Assembly (NCBI GenBank): GCA_964389785.1
Contig: CAYMFW010000001.1
Coordinates: 10,806-71,443 of the forward strand
Length of the DNA stretch: 60,638 nucleotides
Source: an uncultured Planctomycetota bacterium
Lineage (GTDB): Bacteria; Planctomycetota; CAYMFW01
Direction of reading: 5' to 3'
Part shown: piece after piece, positions 1-9,463 of the stretch
Position numbering within the stretch: the stretch's first letter is position 1
How the letters are laid out: the number at the start of each line of letters is the position of its first letter
Program-made: the position numbers and the translations under genes
Notes under the pieces: model-generated
The model's database searches: none
Told to the model about the DNA's origin: nothing
What the model saw: the letters and a program-made list of their open reading frames with translations, nothing else

Positions 1-213
1 GCCGGTCTCGGCGACCGGGTCGTGCTGGGTCTCGACTGCGCCTTCACGTCGGAAAGCGGTCCGTTTCAGCTTGCGATCATTCCGCCGCCGCCGTTCCTCT
101 ATATGTTCGTCGAGACCCTTCCCGCGTTCCGCGAGATGGGGCTGACGGAGGAGGAGGAAGAGCAGATGCTGGCGACGAACCCGCAGAGGATACTCCCCGT
201 GCGGAAGTCCTGA
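1..213 (+). CDS. Phosphotriesterase-related (amidohydrolase superfamily) protein, C-terminal part; 5' end lies outside the window
   Basis: Frame is open from base 1 (AGLGDRVVLGLDC...). The C-terminus LPAFREMGLTEEEEEQMLATNPQRIL matches the typical PTE-family ending. Confidence 0.7.
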   Translation, partial: AGLGDRVVLGLDCAFTSESGPFQLAIIPPPPFLYMFVETLPAFREMGLTEEEEEQMLATNPQRILPVRKS

Positions 214-235
214 CCCCGGTTTCTCATACAGCCCC

Positions 236-264
236 TTGACAGAACGCCGGAGAGAGGGGATTAT
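236..264 (+). promoter_or_regulatory. Sigma70-like promoter, probably giving a leaderless mRNA
   Basis: TTGACA (236-241), 17-bp spacer, GATTAT (259-264). ATG at 271 is only 6 nt downstream. Confidence 0.55.
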
Positions 265-270
265 AGGCCC

Positions 271-2220
271 ATGTTTTCCTTCATCCGCAAGTTCGGCAAG
301 GTGTTCCGCGGCGGCGTCCACCCTATGGAAGTCGGCATATCGGTCGCGCTGGGGGTGATGGCGGGAGTCGCGCTCGGCCAGAACGGCCTGGCGGTGATCC
401 TGCTGTTTCTCATCCTGGTGCTCAACACGAACAAGACCGCCATGGGACTCGCCGGGGTGCCGTTCGGCGCGCTGGGCATTACGCTCGCCAAACACAAGTT
501 CATGGTCGGCCGCTGGGCCCTGTCCCAGGAGCCGCTGGCGCGCTTCTTCGAGTTGCTCGCGAACGCGCCCGTAGGCGCTCTTCTGGGATTCAACCGCTAC
601 ACCGTGGTCGGAGGGTTCGTGGCGGGCATACCTCTGGCGCTCGTCAGCGGCTTCCTGGCTATGATGCTCACGAAGAAGTTCCGGACGGCGGCCCTCGCGC
701 TGGTCGGCGACAAGGAGGCCTTCAACGGCTGGATGAGCGGAAAGCTGGCGCGGACCGGGAAGTGGATACTGTTCGGCGTCGGAGAGGCCGACTACGAGGC
801 GTCCCTCACCAGGACCCCCCGGCCCATCCGATGGAGCGGGCTGATCCTTCTGGTCATCTTCTCCGGCCTGATCGTGCTCGCGAGCACGCTGGACTACGGC
901 GGGCTCGCCAGGACGCCTCTCGAGAAACAGCTGACCCGGGCGGCGGGGGCTCAGGTCGATATCGGAAGCTTCTCGCTGCGACCGCTCGCCGCGGCGGCCC
1001 GGGTGGGAGACCTGGCGGTGACCGACCGGGACGACCCGACGAAGAACTCGATCGCGGCGAGCGCGCTGTCGGCCGACCTGTCGATAACGGGTTTTCTCCA
1101 ACGGTCCCTGGTGACGGAGGAGATCACGGTAGCCCGCCTCGAGACGGGAACGAAACGGGCGACACCGGGGAAGGTGATCGCACCCGCGGAGGGTGAGGAG
1201 GAAACATCCGAGGCCGGCAAGGCGTCCGGGATCCCCAAGGGCCTCGAGGACATCTCCTCCTACCTGTCCCAGTGGAAGGAGTGGAAGGAGAAGCTGGCGA
1301 AGCTCCGGGAGATGATCGAGAAGATAGAGGACAGCAGGAACCGGTCGGCCAAGGAGGGGAGGGCCGCGCCGGGCGAAGATGACAGGGACTTCCGCGCGCT
1401 GGGAGAGAAGTATGGATACGAATCCATCACCGCGTCCGAGATCCGCCGCACCGTCCCCGATCTGGTGATTCAGCGGCTGTCCGCGGAGGATGTCCGTTCC
1501 GGACACGAGTACTTCGATCCGGTGGACATCGACATCGAGAACATGGTGTACCCGGTCCGGCTCTCGCCGGGACCCACCGTCTTCAGGGTCCGGGACAAGA
1601 AGGGGAAGGGCGAACTGAAGCTCTCCGTCGATTTCCGCGATCCGAAAAGCCCGTGTCAGTTCGACATGTCGCTGCCGGATATACCGGCAAAGGACCTGAA
1701 CGATCAGCTGACATCCAAGATTCCCGTCACGTTCGGGAAGGGGACCGTGGGAATCACGGGCACCGGGACGATTCAGAGCGGCCAGATGGACATGAAGCTG
1801 TTCGTCGACCTCACCAATGCCGAACTCGTGCCCAAGAAGAACATGAGCATCGCCGGCCTGAGGGGCGAGGACCTGGTGTGGGCGCTCGAGAACGCCAAGG
1901 ACAACAAGAAGATCTGGGTGGAGCTCAAGGGACACCCGGCGAACCCCGGGGTGCGCGTCGAGGTCGGCGGCCTGCTGGAGGCCATCAAGAAGACCTACAA
2001 GGACAAGGCGACGAAGCTGGTCAAGAAAGAGACCGAGAAGATGAAGAAGAAGGCCCTCGAGGAGATGGAGAAGCAGAAGAAGAAGGCCAAGATCGACGAG
2101 ATCCTCAAGAAAGAGCTCGAGGACAAGCCGAAAGCGGAGGGAAAGGACAAGAAGAAGGACTCCTCCGGGGACGAGCCAGCCAAGAAGGCCGAAGAAGCGC
2201 TGAAGAAGCTCTTTAAGTAG
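271..2220 (+). CDS. DUF2062/TIGR03546-like membrane domain fused to an AsmA-like (TIGR03545-like) periplasmic domain
   Basis: N-terminal hydrophobic helices with a GFNRYTVVG motif, a TM anchor, then AsmA-type LEKQLTRAAGAQVDIG beta-rich sequence and a Lys/Glu-rich tail. Confidence 0.65.
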   Translation: MFSFIRKFGKVFRGGVHPMEVGISVALGVMAGVALGQNGLAVILLFLILVLNTNKTAMGLAGVPFGALGITLAKHKFMVGRWALSQEPLARFFELLANAPVGALLGFNRYTVVGGFVAGIPLALVSGFLAMMLTKKFRTAALALVGDKEAFNGWMSGKLARTGKWILFGVGEADYEASLTRTPRPIRWSGLILLVIFSGLIVLASTLDYGGLARTPLEKQLTRAAGAQVDIGSFSLRPLAAAARVGDLAVTDRDDPTKNSIAASALSADLSITGFLQRSLVTEEITVARLETGTKRATPGKVIAPAEGEEETSEAGKASGIPKGLEDISSYLSQWKEWKEKLAKLREMIEKIEDSRNRSAKEGRAAPGEDDRDFRALGEKYGYESITASEIRRTVPDLVIQRLSAEDVRSGHEYFDPVDIDIENMVYPVRLSPGPTVFRVRDKKGKGELKLSVDFRDPKSPCQFDMSLPDIPAKDLNDQLTSKIPVTFGKGTVGITGTGTIQSGQMDMKLFVDLTNAELVPKKNMSIAGLRGEDLVWALENAKDNKKIWVELKGHPANPGVRVEVGGLLEAIKKTYKDKATKLVKKETEKMKKKALEEMEKQKKKAKIDEILKKELEDKPKAEGKDKKKDSSGDEPAKKAEEALKKLFK

Positions 2221-2236
2221 TCGCAGGGCATCCACG

Positions 2237-3040
2237 ATGCGAGCCATACCCGAAGCCCCGGACCTTACTTCCTTGAAGCCGTTCGACAGCTGCGTGACGC
2301 TCGGACGCGTCGTGCACTCCAAGTTCCCCGAGTACCTGACCGCCGAGAACGTGCTCGAGGTCATGGACCGGTATCACATCGAAGAAGCTCTCGTACACAG
2401 CCAGCACGCGCGCGCAATATATCCCCGCGAGAAAGGCAACCGGCAGCTTCTGGAGCGGATCCAGGGGATGCCCCGGCTGCATCCCCAGTGGGTTCTCGAG
2501 CCGGCGAGGAGAAAAGGAAAGGAAACGGCCCGGGCCGTCGTGGAGGAGATGCTCGAAGCGAGCGTCCGCTCGGCCAGGTTTCCCATGCGCATCGCCCCTC
2601 CGCTGCCCTGGCTGTGGGACGATCTGTGCGCGGCCCTGGAGGAACACCGGGTCCCGTGCTTTCTTGATTTCGGGGAGGCGCGCCCCCGGGGCGACCTGCA
2701 GGATTCCGACGTGAACGGAATCCGCGAGATCGCGCTGGCGCACCCGGAGCTGCCCGTGGTGCTCTCCTGCATAATGGGAGGGCTGGGCGTGCACTACGGC
2801 GTGCTCCCGCTCATCCGGCAGACGAAGAACGTCTACATCGATATCACCGGCATCCTGCGGTACTGGCGGGACGCCGCGCGGGACGTGGGGCCGGAGCGGG
2901 TCATCTTCGCAACGGGCGCCCCGTTCACCGGCCCGGGAATCCTCATCTCGAACGTGCAGTACGCGCTGGACCTGGACGAGAACGCTAAGAAGCTGATCTG
3001 CGGTGACAACCTGCGCCGGCTTCTGGGAGATGTTCGATGA
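2237..3040 (+). CDS. Amidohydrolase_2 family protein lacking canonical metal ligands
   Basis: TIM-barrel signatures (GPERVIFATGAP, KKLICGDNLRRLL). FDSCVTLG replaces the DxHxH motif. Confidence 0.75.
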   Translation: MRAIPEAPDLTSLKPFDSCVTLGRVVHSKFPEYLTAENVLEVMDRYHIEEALVHSQHARAIYPREKGNRQLLERIQGMPRLHPQWVLEPARRKGKETARAVVEEMLEASVRSARFPMRIAPPLPWLWDDLCAALEEHRVPCFLDFGEARPRGDLQDSDVNGIREIALAHPELPVVLSCIMGGLGVHYGVLPLIRQTKNVYIDITGILRYWRDAARDVGPERVIFATGAPFTGPGILISNVQYALDLDENAKKLICGDNLRRLLGDVR

Positions 3041-3858
3041 GCGAGATCCTCGAGAAATGGATTAACGGTGAGGGCGTGCCGGACGCGCTCGTCATCGACG
3101 GTCACATTCACGTGGGCGAATGGCCTCACTCCAGCACGTTCGGCAGCGTGGACGAGGCCGTGGAGAAATCAATCGCCCTCATGGACGCAAACGGAATCGA
3201 CGCCGTGGTGGCCGTGGGCGGCGGCTACATGTTTCCGGCAACCGACTACACCCTCGGAAACGACTTCCTGGTCGAGGTGAGCGGAAGACTGCCCGACCGG
3301 GTGATACCGTTCATGTCCGTCAATCCGAACGATACCATGGACAACATCATCGCCGAGCTCGACAGAACGTATGACGCCGGCATTCGCGGAATAAAGCTCA
3401 TCAATTCGTATCAGGAGAACTACCCCGGCGACGGCCCGAACCTGATGGCCCTCTACGAGTACGCCTCGAAGCACCACATGCTGGCGTTCAACCACCACTG
3501 GGAGGTGGACGTCATCATGAATATCTCCGCGCAGTTTCCCGACACCACCTTCATCTTCGGCCACTACAATCCGCCCTGCGCCGCCGTGATGGAGGCAAGA
3601 GAAAACGTATACGCTAATATCTGGTCGTATCCCGGCCTCGGATGGCTCGACCGAGCCGTGCGAAGGCTCGGCGCGGAGAGGTTCATGATGGGCTCCGACG
3701 GCTTCATGAATCCGATGTCGTGCGGGATCGGACCGGTGATGTTCTCCCCGATATCCGACGACGAGAAACGTCTGATACTGGGGACAAACCTCGCGAGGCA
3801 CCTGGACAACGTCGGCGCGCTTCCCGCCCCGCTGAAGGCCCGGCTGTCCGAAGCGTGA
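3037..3858 (+). CDS. Amidohydrolase_2 family metal-dependent hydrolase
   Basis: IDGHIH, GIKL, FGH, MGSDG and ILGTNL motifs. ATGA overlap with the upstream gene. Confidence 0.85.
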   Translation: MSEILEKWINGEGVPDALVIDGHIHVGEWPHSSTFGSVDEAVEKSIALMDANGIDAVVAVGGGYMFPATDYTLGNDFLVEVSGRLPDRVIPFMSVNPNDTMDNIIAELDRTYDAGIRGIKLINSYQENYPGDGPNLMALYEYASKHHMLAFNHHWEVDVIMNISAQFPDTTFIFGHYNPPCAAVMEARENVYANIWSYPGLGWLDRAVRRLGAERFMMGSDGFMNPMSCGIGPVMFSPISDDEKRLILGTNLARHLDNVGALPAPLKARLSEA

Positions 3859-5186
3859 CCGATTCCACCCCAGCCCAGCGCCGGGCCGCGTTCCGAGACC
3901 ACGTAAACCGCCACCACGAACATAACTTCCTGGTAAATCTGGTCGAGGGGAGCCTGTTCCGATTCGGTGTCGCCCTCCTCAACGCGGCGACCGTACTCTC
4001 CGCATTTCTTCTCAGCATGGGGGCGAGCAAGGTGGTCATCGGCCTGGTGCCGAGCCTCTTTACGTTCTTCTGGACGATGCCGCAGATCATAAGCGCGTAC
4101 CGGCTGGGGCATCTGCCGAAGAAAGGCCGGACTCTCATGGTGCGCAGGTTCCTCGCCGGACTGCCATGGTTCGTCCTTGCCGCGGTGCTCTTCTTCTATC
4201 AGGACACGGCCCTCTGGCAGAACATGTCCATCGTTGCCCTGATCGGAATTGTCATCGTGTTCTCTCTGTTGGGCGGCTACACCGTTCCGCTGTGGGTGGA
4301 TTTCATCGGCAAGATATTCCGGCCCGGTTCGAGGGGCAGCTTCTACGGATGGCGCGCGGTCCTGGGGGCGGCGCTCGGGGTGGCGGGATCATTTGTCCTC
4401 GCGTTTCTCCTCGACCCGGATAGGGTCACCTTCCCGTACGGCTACGCGTGGACCTTCGCCGCCGCGGGCGCGTGCTTCTCTATCGGCGCGCTCTTCCTGG
4501 GACGGAGCCGGGAGACGGCACCCCCCGAGCCGCTGCACGACTCCAGGAAGTTCGGGTTCGTCGAAGAGCTCACCGCGACGTGGCGGTCCAGCCGCGCCTA
4601 CCGCCTGTTCGTCATCGGGGTGGTGGTGGGCACGTTCGGGGGCGCGGGGATGGGCGGCACGATGGCATGGCCGTTCTACATGACGCGGGCCAAGGAAGCG
4701 CTGGGGGGCGGCGGGGCATACATCGGCTGGGCAACCGGCGTGCTCATTACAGGCGAGGTGCTGGCTGCTCTGGCGGGCGGCCGGATGGTGGACCGCGTCG
4801 GGGCGCGGACCGTCTTCGTCGTTTCGGCAATACTGTCCGGCATCACTCCGATAGCGGGACTCACCGTCGGTTCGCTGTGGCCGTACCTGGCCGTCTTTCT
4901 GCTGATGGGAGCGTCCAGGGGTCTCTGCGTCGTGTCGTATCACAACTGCGTGCTAGAGCTGATGCCGATGGATCTTCGCGCCAGGGGAATCGGGCTGGCC
5001 AACTTCATACGCTCGCCGGCGTGCCTGATCGCTTCACCGATAGGAGGGTTGATACTGGTATACTCCGGCTACACCGCGCTGTTCGTGACGGCGACGGCCG
5101 GGGCCGCCGCGAGCATCGCGCTGCTGCTGCTCGGGCTGAAAGGAGAAGGCTACCTCTCCCGCTCCACCACGCCCCAGTCGGGGTAG
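3855..5186 (+). CDS. MFS transporter
   Basis: About 12 hydrophobic segments, motif A-like GRMVDRVGAR and RARGIG. GTG start overlaps the upstream TGA (GTGA). Confidence 0.85.
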   Translation: MTDSTPAQRRAAFRDHVNRHHEHNFLVNLVEGSLFRFGVALLNAATVLSAFLLSMGASKVVIGLVPSLFTFFWTMPQIISAYRLGHLPKKGRTLMVRRFLAGLPWFVLAAVLFFYQDTALWQNMSIVALIGIVIVFSLLGGYTVPLWVDFIGKIFRPGSRGSFYGWRAVLGAALGVAGSFVLAFLLDPDRVTFPYGYAWTFAAAGACFSIGALFLGRSRETAPPEPLHDSRKFGFVEELTATWRSSRAYRLFVIGVVVGTFGGAGMGGTMAWPFYMTRAKEALGGGGAYIGWATGVLITGEVLAALAGGRMVDRVGARTVFVVSAILSGITPIAGLTVGSLWPYLAVFLLMGASRGLCVVSYHNCVLELMPMDLRARGIGLANFIRSPACLIASPIGGLILVYSGYTALFVTATAGAAASIALLLLGLKGEGYLSRSTTPQSG

Positions 5187-6430
5187 ATGTTCGAACCTTC
5201 CTTGGTGAGCTTCACCGGATCCTCGTCCTCGACGAGCGAGACCACGTAGATCTGCCACGGGCCGTTCGGTCCCGGGCCCTGGCAGTAGGCGATCTTCTTC
5301 TCGTCGGGCGCCCACGTGGCGTAGTGCTGGACGCCGCCGCCGAAGGTGGCCTGGAACTTGTCCGTGCCGTCAGGCTTTATCGTGTAGATGTTCGTCTCGG
5401 TCTGGTACGACAGCCTCGTTCCGGAAGGAGACCAGCGTGGATCGCATGTCCCCTGGCCTCCGACCAGGACCTTCGGCTCGCCGCCGGCCGCCGGCACGAT
5501 ATATATGTTGTAGCCGGCCAGAAGGCGGGACGCGAGCGCGACGGACTTTCCGTCCGAGGACGCGCTCGGGAACGAGCACTTGGACCACATCTTGGGAGAG
5601 AGCATCTTCTCCTCACCGCTCTCCAGGCTGCGGTGATAGATCTGGCCGCTGCGACGAAACACTATGCTCTTCCCGCCGTCCGCGAACGCGGCCTGGCTGC
5701 CCTCGCAGATGTCCTTTTCCTCGCGCGTCTTCCAGTCGAAGACCGCCGCCATATGCTTCCCGTCCGCCGAGGCCGTGGTAAAGACCGCCCGTGTCCCGTC
5801 CGGAGAGAACCGGGGCTGCATGTGGATACGGTCCGTCTTGGAGATCTTCTCCTGACCGGATCCGTCCGGGTTCATCATCCAGAGATGATACTTCCCGTCA
5901 CGGTCGCTGGCGAACACGATCTTCTCGACGCCCTTCTTCCTCGTGGTCTCGACCGGCTCCTTGGACGCGGAGCCGGCCTCGTTGTTCTTCGGATCCTCCT
6001 TCTCAGAAGCCGCGGCGCTCGCCGAATTCGCCGCCACCGGAGGGGCCGGATCGTCGTCGGGTACCGCGCCCAGCGCTCCGTACAGCACCACGTTCGCGCC
6101 GAGCCCGGCAACAAGGAAGATGCCCGCCAGCACCGCAACCACGACGCGGCGACGGGCCAGGCCCATGCCGAGCGCCGCGAGAGGGAGTATCACGGCGAGG
6201 CCCGGAAGCGCCAGTTGGGCCCCCAGGGTGACGAACCGACTGCTTTCCCTGAAGAGCCCGGGCAGAATGAACAGAAAGAGAAACTGCGGCGCGGAGCTCC
6301 TGGCGGTCGCGGCGTGGGCAGTCGCCGCGTCGTACGCCACGAGTCCGACTGCGAGGATCGAGAGAATGAGAAGCACCGGCCCCAGCGCGCCCTTCTTCTC
6401 TTCAGTCCCGTTGGCATTCACTTCGTCCAT
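5150..6430 (-). CDS. Membrane-anchored TolB-like beta-propeller (PD40 repeat) protein
   Basis: IVFASDRDG, PRFSPDG, PRWSPSG and WAPDEKKI repeats. N-terminal TM helices. RBS AAGGAGG upstream of ATG 6430. Confidence 0.8.
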   Translation of the reverse strand: MDEVNANGTEEKKGALGPVLLILSILAVGLVAYDAATAHAATARSSAPQFLFLFILPGLFRESSRFVTLGAQLALPGLAVILPLAALGMGLARRRVVVAVLAGIFLVAGLGANVVLYGALGAVPDDDPAPPVAANSASAAASEKEDPKNNEAGSASKEPVETTRKKGVEKIVFASDRDGKYHLWMMNPDGSGQEKISKTDRIHMQPRFSPDGTRAVFTTASADGKHMAAVFDWKTREEKDICEGSQAAFADGGKSIVFRRSGQIYHRSLESGEEKMLSPKMWSKCSFPSASSDGKSVALASRLLAGYNIYIVPAAGGEPKVLVGGQGTCDPRWSPSGTRLSYQTETNIYTIKPDGTDKFQATFGGGVQHYATWAPDEKKIAYCQGPGPNGPWQIYVVSLVEDEDPVKLTKEGSNIYPDWGVVERER

Positions 6431-6455
6431 GCGCCCCTCCTTGTACGTCGGGTTT

Positions 6456-8459
6456 TCAGCGTCCGAGTATCTCAAAGATTCTATCCGGCCGGGCTATCTG
6501 CGGCAACTCCTCTTCGCCGTCGAAGTGCATCGAGAGAAACCTCTTCATGGACCTGCCGCTTACCGTCGCCCGGAGGAGCCCGCGCGCCCGGCTCCTGAGC
6601 TCCCGAGCCCGTTTCTCCGTGGCGCGCCACCGCGCCGGAGAGACAGGTCTCCCCATGACCGCTCCCAGGAGAAGCTCCATCTGCGTGGCGCGGAGCATCG
6701 TGGTCCACGCCGCAAGCTCTATGTAGTCGAGACAGCGTTTGTGTCGCGCCGCGCGGCTTCCCGCCTTCGATGCCATCCCGCCGAGGGCCGCCATCCGTGC
6801 GTGGACCCGCCGTGACCGTTTGACCATCTCCGGAACGGAACCCGGGACAAGAAGCTCCTCCAGTTCCCCTCGCACGTCGCGTTTCCCCGCGGCCCCGTCG
6901 TACGGCCCGAACCGCTTGTAGGAGGAGAGCAGAGGCCTTTCCGCGGTTGCCTTCCGGATCGACTCCAGCACACGGGCGTCGGGAAGGCCCCAGAACATCC
7001 GGCAGAGGTCCTTCTCGAATGTCTGGACCGTGACCCCGGGATTCCACGCGTACGCCGCCCCCGCCGCGAAGCCGGGCCAGCACGGCTCCCAGTGGGGCAC
7101 GCATTCCGACCATCGCGTGACGAGAATACCCTCGCAGCCCTTGGCATGCGCGCTCCGCGCGTGGCATATCACGTTGTCGAGATTCCCGGCCGCGCCCGGC
7201 ATCCACAGACTGAACCCTGTGCTCACGGCCGGCGCGCCTACGACCCGGTACCCGCGGTCCTGCAGGTACCGGCTGGTGTAAAGCGGGTCCACCGGCCCGC
7301 CCGGTTTCGGAAAATGCTTCGCGAAGGCCCTGCGGTGACGGGTCTCGTCGTACCGCTCGTGGAACTCCTCAGGCGTCATCTCACGGTACTGCCGCCAGAA
7401 GTACGCAGCTCTTGCGTTCTCCGCTGCCCCGTAGTTCCAGTCCACGAGAGTGACCCTGCCCGCCAGCCGGCGGTTCTCCTCGTAGTAGCGCAGGAACGGA
7501 TCGGCCCAGAGCATCGGTTTGTAGCCGCGCGTGATCATGTGATCCGCCAGGGGCTCGACGAAGTCCATGTAGATCCGGGAGACGCTGTGACGCTTCGCTT
7601 TCCTCGCACACCTGGGACAGGCCCCCATCCTTACCTCGTCACCGCCCATGTGGAACCAGGGCACACCCGGATGAAGGTCCGCCATCTCGTCCAGAAGCCG
7701 CCGCATCAACCGCCCGGAGGCGGGAATGAGAGGGCAGGGCTGTCCGGCATGCACATGGTCTTCCCTAAGCCGCGCGTACCGGGGATGCTTCATGACGTAA
7801 TTGAGGTGGCCGAAACACTGCTGGAGCGGGACCGGCATGATGCCCCGGTCCAGAAGAAGCGAGACGATTCGGCGCACCTCGGTGCGGGTGTACGCGTCGT
7901 CCCCGGCAACGCCGAGTGTCTTCGAAAACGGGAACTTGTCCTCGTATTCGAGGACCACCGCGTTGATTTTCATGGCCGCGAGCCCGTCGAAGATCTCCTC
8001 CAGGTAGCTCACGCGGTGCCGGACGTCCTTCATGTCCAGGTGCACCGCCCTGAACGAAAGCGCGGGCTCGTCGTCTATATCCAGGCAGGGCAGAACGGGC
8101 GATTTCGCCTGCTCCACGATCTGGGCCAGCGTGCGAATCCCCATGCGCAGGCCCGTCACGGCGGGAGCGGATATACTGATGCCGGTCCTGCTGATTCGGA
8201 GCCTGTAGCGCTCCCGTGCGGCCTCACTCTCGAATCCGCATTCGAGCGTGAGAGCCGGTCTTCGCCGTCCGCTCCTCCCGCATCCCACCCCGGGACCGGA
8301 CCGGAGCGCTCTTTCCAGAAGCTGGAGGTCCCACACGAGAAACCTTGTTCTCCCTCGTGCCGCGGGCATTACGAACGGACTCGGCAGGCGGAACGTCCCG
8401 GAACGACGACGCATCTTCCTCGGACGGGGGACCAGACACGGCAGGGACGTGCCGGACAT
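6456..8459 (-). CDS. GH20 family beta-N-acetylhexosaminidase-like glycoside hydrolase
   Basis: GH20b-like N-domain (ERYRLRI...IDDEP), RAVHLD, NAVVLEYED and catalytic HMGGDEV motifs. Confidence 0.85.
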   Translation of the reverse strand: MSGTSLPCLVPRPRKMRRRSGTFRLPSPFVMPAARGRTRFLVWDLQLLERALRSGPGVGCGRSGRRRPALTLECGFESEAARERYRLRISRTGISISAPAVTGLRMGIRTLAQIVEQAKSPVLPCLDIDDEPALSFRAVHLDMKDVRHRVSYLEEIFDGLAAMKINAVVLEYEDKFPFSKTLGVAGDDAYTRTEVRRIVSLLLDRGIMPVPLQQCFGHLNYVMKHPRYARLREDHVHAGQPCPLIPASGRLMRRLLDEMADLHPGVPWFHMGGDEVRMGACPRCARKAKRHSVSRIYMDFVEPLADHMITRGYKPMLWADPFLRYYEENRRLAGRVTLVDWNYGAAENARAAYFWRQYREMTPEEFHERYDETRHRRAFAKHFPKPGGPVDPLYTSRYLQDRGYRVVGAPAVSTGFSLWMPGAAGNLDNVICHARSAHAKGCEGILVTRWSECVPHWEPCWPGFAAGAAYAWNPGVTVQTFEKDLCRMFWGLPDARVLESIRKATAERPLLSSYKRFGPYDGAAGKRDVRGELEELLVPGSVPEMVKRSRRVHARMAALGGMASKAGSRAARHKRCLDYIELAAWTTMLRATQMELLLGAVMGRPVSPARWRATEKRARELRSRARGLLRATVSGRSMKRFLSMHFDGEEELPQIARPDRIFEILGR

Positions 8460-8479
8460 GGCAGTTCTCCTTTGAGATT

Positions 8480-9463
8480 CTAGAGGGGTTCCCAGACGGA
8501 AGCGATCTTCTCGCCCTTTTCTACATAGGGATGGCGTCCGGGCAGGGCGACATCACAATCGGGACGCGCGACTCCATGCTGGCGCAGGTACCCGCCGCCG
8601 GGAGAGCACACTTCGCGGCACGAAAGATCCTTGTCCGAGAGGATATGCCCGAGAACAGCTCCTTTCTTGATACGCTGCCCCAGACGGAGATCGGCTTTCA
8701 CAAAGAGGCCGCCGCGGGGCACGTGCACGGGAAACGCCGTGTGCCTGTCGCTGAAGACCACCGGCACGTCCCCCTTCTCGAGCCGCCCTTTCATCAAGCC
8801 GATCACCTTCGCGTAGTTCGTCACCACGCGCAGGCCGTACCGCACCTGCTCCTCGTCGACTTCGTACTGCCTGCAGAATTCGTACGTGATGCCCGTCCGC
8901 CCGGTGGCGCAGAAGTGTCCGGACAGCGTACAGGTCTTCCCGAACGACGGATGCACGAACCGGCAGCCGAGCTTTGCGGCTATCTCCCGCAGCTCCGGAG
9001 TATCCGCGATGAGCACGCCGGGCGCGAAGCTCCCCTCCCAGGTGTGAAGATCCAGCGCGTGCGTCGCCTCCTCGCCGAACGCCCGGTAAATTGCGTATGA
9101 GACGCGCTCGGTGTCGTTACCGTTCTTTTTCCCCGGCCAGGTTCGGTTCATATTGTGGCCCCGGTCGTCGGCGTACATCTGCTCCGGACCGAGGCTGATG
9201 TGGGGCCTTCGGTGACGGATGGCGGGCAGGTTGCCGAAGGGAATTGCGATAATCCGTCCACAGAACCATTTTCTCCGGGCGAGCTCGACGAACCGCCGGA
9301 TCGTCTCGATCCCCTGCAGCTCGTTGCCGTGCTGGGCGGCCGTGGCGAGAAGGCACGGCCCCTTCCTCCCCGAGTCCGCGATCCAGGCGGGAATCGTCAC
9401 CGTCTTCCCACGACGCAGATGCGCCGTAGTCGTGCGCACCAGAAGGCTTTGTCTGCACTTCAT
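8480..9463 (-). CDS. Succinylglutamate desuccinylase/aspartoacylase (M14) family deacylase
   Basis: HGNE zinc motif, NMNRTWPG, DLH, catalytic Glu in ITYEF, and a C-terminal barrel-sandwich-like segment. Confidence 0.85.
   Translation of the reverse strand: MKCRQSLLVRTTTAHLRRGKTVTIPAWIADSGRKGPCLLATAAQHGNELQGIETIRRFVELARRKWFCGRIIAIPFGNLPAIRHRRPHISLGPEQMYADDRGHNMNRTWPGKKNGNDTERVSYAIYRAFGEEATHALDLHTWEGSFAPGVLIADTPELREIAAKLGCRFVHPSFGKTCTLSGHFCATGRTGITYEFCRQYEVDEEQVRYGLRVVTNYAKVIGLMKGRLEKGDVPVVFSDRHTAFPVHVPRGGLFVKADLRLGQRIKKGAVLGHILSDKDLSCREVCSPGGGYLRQHGVARPDCDVALPGRHPYVEKGEKIASVWEPL

Noticed and set aside
2000-2220. AAG/GAG-rich low-complexity stretch
   Set aside because: Encodes the Lys/Glu-rich coiled-coil tail of the 271-2220 protein and is not an independent repeat.
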